The notes beneath the pieces were generated by a model, which saw only the letters and a program-made list of their open reading frames with translations, was not told the DNA's origin and did no database searches. From Escherichia coli (lineage in GTDB: Bacteria > Pseudomonadota > Gammaproteobacteria > Enterobacterales > Enterobacteriaceae): a stretch of 64,000 bases of DNA. A program made the position numbers and the translations under genes. The DNA is taken from the NCBI RefSeq assembly GCF_024502345.1, contig NZ_JALDNN010000001.1; one strand, written 5' to 3'. Shown here one piece after another: positions 57,988-64,000 of this stretch (positions are counted from its first letter, which is position 1; each line of letters starts with the position of its first letter).

Positions 57988-59660
57988 TGGCTGCGCAAGG
58001 GTTCTTACTGATCGCCACGTTTTTACTGGTGTTAATGGTGCTGGCGCGTCCTTTAGGCAGCGGGCTGGCGCGGCTGATTAATGACATTCCTCTTCCAGGT
58101 ACAGCGGGCGTTGAACGTATACTCTTTCGTTTACCTGGCGTCTCTGACCGTGAGATGAACTGGAAGCAATATCTCTGTGCCATTCTCGGCCTGAACATGC
58201 TGGGGCTGGCGGTGCTGTTTTTTATGTTGCTCGGTCAGCACTATCTGCCGCTTAATCCACAGCAGTTGCCGGGGCTGTCGTGGGATCTGGCGCTGAATAC
58301 CGCCGTCAGCTTTGTCACGAATACCAACTGGCAATCTTACAGCGGTGAAACCACGTTGAGCTATTTCATCCAGATGGCTGGCTTAACGGTGCAAAACTTT
58401 CTTTCTGCCGCCAGCGGGATTGCGGTGATTTTTGCCCTCATCCGTGCGTTTACCCGCCAGAGCATGAGCACACTCGGGAATGCCTGGGTCGATCTGCTAC
58501 GCATCACGTTATGGGTGCTCGTCCCTGTGGCGTTGTTGATCGCACTGTTTTTTATTCAACAAGGTGCGCTGCAAAACTTTCTGCCCTATCAGGCAGTGAA
58601 TACCGTTGAAGGAGCGCAACAGCTGTTACCCATGGGGCCAGTAGCTTCTCAGGAAGCGATCAAGATGCTCGGTACTAACGGCGGTGGCTTCTTTAATGCC
58701 AACTCGTCGCATCCGTTTGAAAACCCAACCGCACTGACCAACTTCGTGCAGATGCTGGCGATCTTCTTGATCCCAACAGCGCTGTGCTTTGCCTTTGGTG
58801 AAGTGACGGGCGATCGCCGCCAGGGGCGCATGTTGCTGTGGGCGATGTCGGTGATTTTTGTCATCTGCGTAGGCGTGGTGATGTGGGCAGAAGTTCAGGG
58901 TAATCCTCATCTGCTGGCGCTCGGCGCAGACAGCAGCATCAATATGGAAGGTAAAGAGAGCCGTTTCGGCGTGCTGGTCAGTAGCCTGTTTGCGGTCGTG
59001 ACTACGGCGGCGTCCTGTGGCGCGGTGATTGCGATGCATGATTCGTTTACCGCTCTCGGTGGCATGGTGCCGATGTGGCTGATGCAAATTGGTGAAGTGG
59101 TATTCGGCGGTGTCGGCTCTGGTCTTTACGGCATGATGCTGTTTGTCCTGCTGGCGGTGTTTATTGCCGGGCTGATGATTGGTCGTACACCGGAATATCT
59201 GGGTAAAAAAATCGACGTACGTGAGATGAAACTGACTGCACTGGCGATTCTGGTCACCCCGACGCTGGTGCTGATGGGCGCGGCGCTGGCAATGATGACC
59301 GACGCCGGACGTAGCGCCATGCTCAACCCTGGCCCGCATGATTTTAGCGAAGTGCTGTACGCCGTGTCATCCGCCGCTAACAACAACGGCAGCGCCTTTG
59401 CCGGATTAAGCGCCAACTCTCCGTTCTGGAACTGTTTACTGGCGTTCTGCATGTTTGTCGGTCGCTTCGGGGTGATTATCCCGGTGATGGCAATTGCCGG
59501 TTCGCTGGTGAGTAAAAAGAGCCAACCCGCCAGCTCCGGCACGCTGCCAACGCACGGCCCGCTGTTTGTTGGCCTGTTAATCGGCACCGTGTTGCTGGTT
59601 GGCGCACTGACCTTTATCCCTGCCCTGGCGCTTGGTCCGGTGGCGGAATATCTCTCCTGA
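57987..59660 (+). CDS. kdpA: K+-transporting ATPase subunit A
   Basis: 557 aa from [14 protein letters not shown]. Confidence 0.95.
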   Translation: MAAQGFLLIATFLLVLMVLARPLGSGLARLINDIPLPGTAGVERILFRLPGVSDREMNWKQYLCAILGLNMLGLAVLFFMLLGQHYLPLNPQQLPGLSWDLALNTAVSFVTNTNWQSYSGETTLSYFIQMAGLTVQNFLSAASGIAVIFALIRAFTRQSMSTLGNAWVDLLRITLWVLVPVALLIALFFIQQGALQNFLPYQAVNTVEGAQQLLPMGPVASQEAIKMLGTNGGGFFNANSSHPFENPTALTNFVQMLAIFLIPTALCFAFGEVTGDRRQGRMLLWAMSVIFVICVGVVMWAEVQGNPHLLALGADSSINMEGKESRFGVLVSSLFAVVTTAASCGAVIAMHDSFTALGGMVPMWLMQIGEVVFGGVGSGLYGMMLFVLLAVFIAGLMIGRTPEYLGKKIDVREMKLTALAILVTPTLVLMGAALAMMTDAGRSAMLNPGPHDFSEVLYAVSSAANNNGSAFAGLSANSPFWNCLLAFCMFVGRFGVIIPVMAIAGSLVSKKSQPASSGTLPTHGPLFVGLLIGTVLLVGALTFIPALALGPVAEYLS

Positions 59661-59682
59661 TGATATTGAGTGAGCACTGAAT

Positions 59683-61731
59683 ATGAGTCGTAAACAACTG
59701 GCGCTATTCGAACCAACACTTGTCGTTCAGGCGCTGAAAGAAGCGGTGAAAAAATTAAACCCGCAGGCGCAATGGCGCAATCCGGTGATGTTTATCGTCT
59801 GGATCGGCAGTCTGCTGACCACCTGTATTAGCATCGCGATGGCAAGCGGCGCGATGCCTGGCAATGCGCTGTTTAGCGTGGCCATTAGCGGCTGGCTGTG
59901 GGTCACCGTACTGTTCGCTAATTTCGCCGAGGCGCTGGCAGAAGGCCGCAGTAAAGCGCAGGCCAACAGCCTGAAAGGGGTGAAAAAAACGGCCTTTGCC
60001 CGCAAGCTGCGTGAGCCGAAATATGGCGCTGCGGCGGACAAAGTTCCCGCCGATCAACTGCGTAAAGGCGATATCGTACTGGTAGAAGCAGGCGATATTA
60101 TCCCCTGCGATGGTGAAGTTATTGAAGGCGGCGCATCGGTCGATGAAAGCGCCATCACCGGGGAATCGGCACCGGTGATCCGTGAATCCGGCGGCGATTT
60201 TGCCTCCGTCACCGGCGGCACGCGTATTCTTTCTGACTGGCTGGTGATTGAGTGTAGCGTTAACCCCGGCGAGACATTTCTGGATCGGATGATCGCGATG
60301 GTGGAAGGCGCACAGCGACGCAAAACGCCGAACGAGATTGCCCTGACCATCCTGCTGATTGCCCTGACTATCGTCTTTTTACTGGCAACCGCCACGCTGT
60401 GGCCGTTTTCCGCGTGGGGCGGTAATGCAGTCAGCGTAACGGTACTGGTGGCGCTGCTGGTCTGTCTGATCCCAACCACTATTGGCGGCCTGTTGTCAGC
60501 GATCGGCGTCGCCGGGATGAGTCGGATGCTGGGCGCGAATGTGATTGCCACCAGCGGACGTGCAGTTGAAGCGGCAGGTGACGTTGACGTTCTGCTGCTG
60601 GATAAAACCGGCACCATCACACTCGGTAACCGTCAGGCATCGGAGTTTATCCCTGCGCAGGGCGTGGATGAAAAAACGCTGGCTGACGCCGCACAACTGG
60701 CTTCGCTGGCTGATGAAACGCCGGAAGGCCGCAGTATTGTGATCCTCGCCAAGCAGCGTTTTAACCTGCGCGAGCGCGATGTGCAGTCGCTCCATGCCAC
60801 CTTTGTACCGTTTACTGCGCAAAGCCGGATGAGCGGGATCAACATCGACAACCGTATGATCCGTAAAGGCTCTGTCGATGCCATTCGCCGCCATGTTGAG
60901 GCTAACGGTGGTCACTTCCCTGCCGATGTCGATCAAAAAGTCGATCAGGTTGCGCGTCAGGGAGCCACGCCGCTGGTGGTGGTGGAAGGTTCCCGTGTGC
61001 TGGGCGTTATTGCGCTGAAAGATATCGTTAAAGGCGGCATTAAAGAACGCTTCGCGCAACTGCGCCAAATGGGCATTAAAACGGTGATGATTACTGGCGA
61101 TAACCGTCTGACTGCCGCCGCGATAGCTGCGGAAGCGGGCGTCGATGATTTCCTCGCCGAAGCGACACCGGAGGCCAAGCTGGCATTGATTCGTCAGTAT
61201 CAGGCGGAAGGCCGTTTGGTAGCGATGACTGGCGACGGCACCAATGATGCTCCGGCGCTGGCGCAGGCAGATGTCGCGGTGGCGATGAACTCCGGTACTC
61301 AGGCGGCGAAAGAAGCGGGCAATATGGTGGATCTCGACTCTAACCCGACCAAGTTGATCGAGGTGGTGCATATTGGCAAACAGATGCTGATTACCCGTGG
61401 CTCGCTGACCACCTTCAGCATTGCCAACGATGTGGCGAAATATTTCGCCATTATTCCGGCGGCGTTCGCGGCAACGTATCCGCAGTTAAATGCGCTGAAC
61501 ATCATGCGCCTGCATTCGCCCGACTCCGCCATTCTCAGTGCGGTGATTTTCAACGCCTTGATTATCGTCTTTTTGATTCCCCTGGCGTTAAAAGGCGTGA
61601 GTTATAAACCGCTTACCGCTTCTGCCATGTTGCGCCGTAACTTATGGATTTACGGTCTGGGTGGGCTGCTGGTGCCGTTTATTGGTATCAAAGTCATTGA
61701 TTTACTGCTGACCGTTTGCGGTCTGGTGTGA
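59683..61731 (+). CDS. kdpB: K+-transporting P-type ATPase subunit B
   Basis: 682 aa; P-type ATPase motifs DKTGT and TGDGTND. Confidence 0.95.
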   Translation: MSRKQLALFEPTLVVQALKEAVKKLNPQAQWRNPVMFIVWIGSLLTTCISIAMASGAMPGNALFSVAISGWLWVTVLFANFAEALAEGRSKAQANSLKGVKKTAFARKLREPKYGAAADKVPADQLRKGDIVLVEAGDIIPCDGEVIEGGASVDESAITGESAPVIRESGGDFASVTGGTRILSDWLVIECSVNPGETFLDRMIAMVEGAQRRKTPNEIALTILLIALTIVFLLATATLWPFSAWGGNAVSVTVLVALLVCLIPTTIGGLLSAIGVAGMSRMLGANVIATSGRAVEAAGDVDVLLLDKTGTITLGNRQASEFIPAQGVDEKTLADAAQLASLADETPEGRSIVILAKQRFNLRERDVQSLHATFVPFTAQSRMSGINIDNRMIRKGSVDAIRRHVEANGGHFPADVDQKVDQVARQGATPLVVVEGSRVLGVIALKDIVKGGIKERFAQLRQMGIKTVMITGDNRLTAAAIAAEAGVDDFLAEATPEAKLALIRQYQAEGRLVAMTGDGTNDAPALAQADVAVAMNSGTQAAKEAGNMVDLDSNPTKLIEVVHIGKQMLITRGSLTTFSIANDVAKYFAIIPAAFAATYPQLNALNIMRLHSPDSAILSAVIFNALIIVFLIPLALKGVSYKPLTASAMLRRNLWIYGLGGLLVPFIGIKVIDLLLTVCGLV

Positions 61732-61739
61732 GGTTTACC

Positions 61740-62312
61740 ATGCGTGGATTACGTCCGGCATTATCGACATTTATCTTTCTGTTATTGATTACTGGCGGCG
61801 TTTACCCGCTGCTGACCACCGCGCTGGGGCAATGGTGGTTTCCCTGGCAGGCCAACGGTTCGTTGATCCGTGAAGGTGATACGGTGCGCGGTTCGGCATT
61901 AATCGGGCAGAATTTTACCGGCAACGGCTATTTTCATGGTCGCCCGTCGGCAACGGCAGAAATGCCTTATAATCCACAGGCTTCTGGCGGGAGCAATCTG
62001 GCGGTCAGTAACCCTGAGCTGGATAAACTAATAGCCGCACGCGTTGCTGCATTACGGGCCGCTAACCCGAATGCCAGCACGAGCGTTCCGGTTGAACTGG
62101 TGACGGCGTCGGCAAGCGGGCTGGACAATAACATCACCCCGCAAGCGGCGGCCTGGCAGATCCCACGCGTAGCGAAAGCGCGTAATCTCAGCGTTGAACA
62201 GCTCACGCAACTGATCGCAAAATACAGCCAACAACCACTGGTGAAATATATCGGCCAGCCGGTCGTCAACATTGTCGAACTCAATCTGGCGCTGGATAAA
62301 CTTGATGAATAA
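61740..62312 (+). CDS. kdpC: K+-transporting ATPase subunit C
   Basis: 190 aa from [15 protein letters not shown]; ORF-track start is an extension into kdpB. Confidence 0.92.
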   Translation: MRGLRPALSTFIFLLLITGGVYPLLTTALGQWWFPWQANGSLIREGDTVRGSALIGQNFTGNGYFHGRPSATAEMPYNPQASGGSNLAVSNPELDKLIAARVAALRAANPNASTSVPVELVTASASGLDNNITPQAAAWQIPRVAKARNLSVEQLTQLIAKYSQQPLVKYIGQPVVNIVELNLALDKLDE

Positions 62313-64000
62313 CGAACCCTTACGTCCCGACCCCGATCGTCTGCTGGAACAAACTGCCGCGCCGCATCGGGGGAAGCTGAAAGTTTTCTTCGGTGCCTGC
62401 GCAGGCGTCGGGAAGACCTGGGCGATGCTGGCAGAAGCCCAGCGACTGCGGGCGCAAGGGCTGGATATTGTGGTTGGCGTGGTAGAAACCCACGGGCGGA
62501 AAGATACTGCAGCAATGCTCGAAGGGCTGGCTGTTCTACCGCCAAAACGCCAGGCGTACCGTGGGCGGCACATCAGCGAGTTTGATCTCGATGCCGCCCT
62601 CGCCCGCCGTCCGGCGCTGATCTTAATGGACGAACTGGCGCACAGTAATGCACCTGGTTCTCGTCATCCCAAACGCTGGCAGGATATTGAAGAGCTGCTG
62701 GAAGCAGGCATTGATGTTTTTACTACCGTCAACGTTCAACATCTGGAAAGCCTGAATGATGTGGTCAGCGGCGTCACCGGAATTCAGGTACGGGAAACCG
62801 TGCCCGATCCTTTTTTCGATGCCGCCGACGACGTGGTGCTGGTGGACTTGCCCCCGGACGATCTGCGCCAGCGGCTGAAAGAAGGCAAAGTCTATATTGC
62901 CGGGCAGGCGGAGCGCGCCATTGAACATTTTTTCCGCAAAGGCAATCTGATCGCCCTGCGCGAACTGGCACTGCGCCGTACTGCCGATCGCGTAGATGAG
63001 CAAATGCGCGCCTGGCGGGGGCATCCTGCCGAAGAGAAAGTCTGGCACACGCGCGACGCGATCCTTTTATGCATCGGCCATAACACCGGCAGTGAGAAAC
63101 TGGTCCGCGCGGCGTCGCGGCTGGCGTCGCGGCTGGGGAGCGTCTGGCACGCGGTGTATGTTGAAACCCCTGCCCTGCATCGCTTACCGGAGAAAAAACG
63201 TCGGGCAATTCTCAGCGCCTTACGTCTGGCGCAGGAGCTGGGCGCGGAGACGGCAACACTTTCTGATCCAGCGGAAGAGAAAGCGGTAGTGCGTTATGCC
63301 CGTGAACATAATCTCGGCAAGATTATTCTCGGTCGCCCAGCCTCGCGCCGCTGGTGGCGTCGGGAAACGTTTGCTGACCGACTGGCGCGCATCGCCCCCG
63401 ATCTCGATCAGGTGCTGGTCGCGCTTGATGAACCACCCGCCCGCACGATTAACAACGCGCCGGATAGCCGCTCTTTTAAAGACAAGTGGCGGGTACAGAT
63501 TCAGGGATGCGTGGTTGCCGCCGCGTTATGCGCCGTTATCACCTTAATTGCCATGCAGTGGCTGATGGCGTTTGATGCCGCCAACCTGGTGATGCTGTAT
63601 CTACTTGGCGTGGTGGTGGTGGCGCTATTTTATGGACGCTGGCCTTCGGTGGTTGCTACCGTCATTAATGTGGTGAGTTTCGATCTCTTTTTTATCGCCC
63701 CACGCGGCACGCTCGCCGTCTCTGATGTGCAATATCTGCTGACCTTCGCGGTGATGTTAACCGTCGGGCTGGTGATCGGGAATCTTACTGCGGGTGTGCG
63801 TTATCAGGCGCGGGTAGCCCGTTACCGCGAGCAACGCACACGGCACTTATATGAAATGTCGAAAGCTCTGGCGGTGGGCCGCAGTCCGCAGGACATCGCC
63901 GCCACCAGCGAACAATTTATTGCCTCCACGTTTCATGCCCGCAGTCAGGTGTTGTTGCCCGATGACAACGGTAAATTGCAGCCGTTAACACATCCGCAAG
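62305..64000 (+). CDS. kdpD: Sensor histidine kinase KdpD, N-terminal part (3' end outside window)
   Basis: ATG at 62305 overlapping the kdpC stop; [16 protein letters not shown]... with Walker-A-like GVGKT; frame open to window end. Confidence 0.9.
   Translation, partial: MNNEPLRPDPDRLLEQTAAPHRGKLKVFFGACAGVGKTWAMLAEAQRLRAQGLDIVVGVVETHGRKDTAAMLEGLAVLPPKRQAYRGRHISEFDLDAALARRPALILMDELAHSNAPGSRHPKRWQDIEELLEAGIDVFTTVNVQHLESLNDVVSGVTGIQVRETVPDPFFDAADDVVLVDLPPDDLRQRLKEGKVYIAGQAERAIEHFFRKGNLIALRELALRRTADRVDEQMRAWRGHPAEEKVWHTRDAILLCIGHNTGSEKLVRAASRLASRLGSVWHAVYVETPALHRLPEKKRRAILSALRLAQELGAETATLSDPAEEKAVVRYAREHNLGKIILGRPASRRWWRRETFADRLARIAPDLDQVLVALDEPPARTINNAPDSRSFKDKWRVQIQGCVVAAALCAVITLIAMQWLMAFDAANLVMLYLLGVVVVALFYGRWPSVVATVINVVSFDLFFIAPRGTLAVSDVQYLLTFAVMLTVGLVIGNLTAGVRYQARVARYREQRTRHLYEMSKALAVGRSPQDIAATSEQFIASTFHARSQVLLPDDNGKLQPLTHPQ

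Overview
This window is an Escherichia coli chromosomal segment running from the gal operon to the kdp operon, in reverse orientation relative to the K-12 map. The backbone reads galE(partial)-galT-galK-galM, gpmA, aroG, ybgS, zitB, pnuC, nadA, the seven-gene lysT tRNA operon (5 Lys-UUU, 2 Val-UAC), cpoB-pal-tolB-tolA-tolR-tolQ-ybgC, ybgE, cydX-cydB-cydA, sucDCBA, sdhBADC, gltA, the ybgDQPO fimbrial operon, abrB, nei, pxpACB, ybgI, dtpD, phrB, ybgA, ybfA, kdpFABC and the start of kdpD. All gene identifications are from reading the supplied translations and sequence by eye against remembered protein families; no database search was run. The main departure from K-12 is an ~11 kb accessory segment between cydA and sucD (about 19.9-31.1 kb), where K-12 carries mngR-mngA-mngB. 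It holds two low-GC ORFs of unknown function, a tightly coupled six-gene operon encoding B12-dependent glutamate mutase (S, L, E), 3-methylaspartate ammonia-lyase and two uncharacterised proteins, a truncated glutamate/aspartate-type symporter, an intact IS1 with no target-site duplication, and a truncated LysR regulator. The most likely candidates for undescribed biology are the low-GC two-gene module (20720-22167) and the uncharacterised pair fused to the end of the mesaconate-pathway operon (27261-28945).
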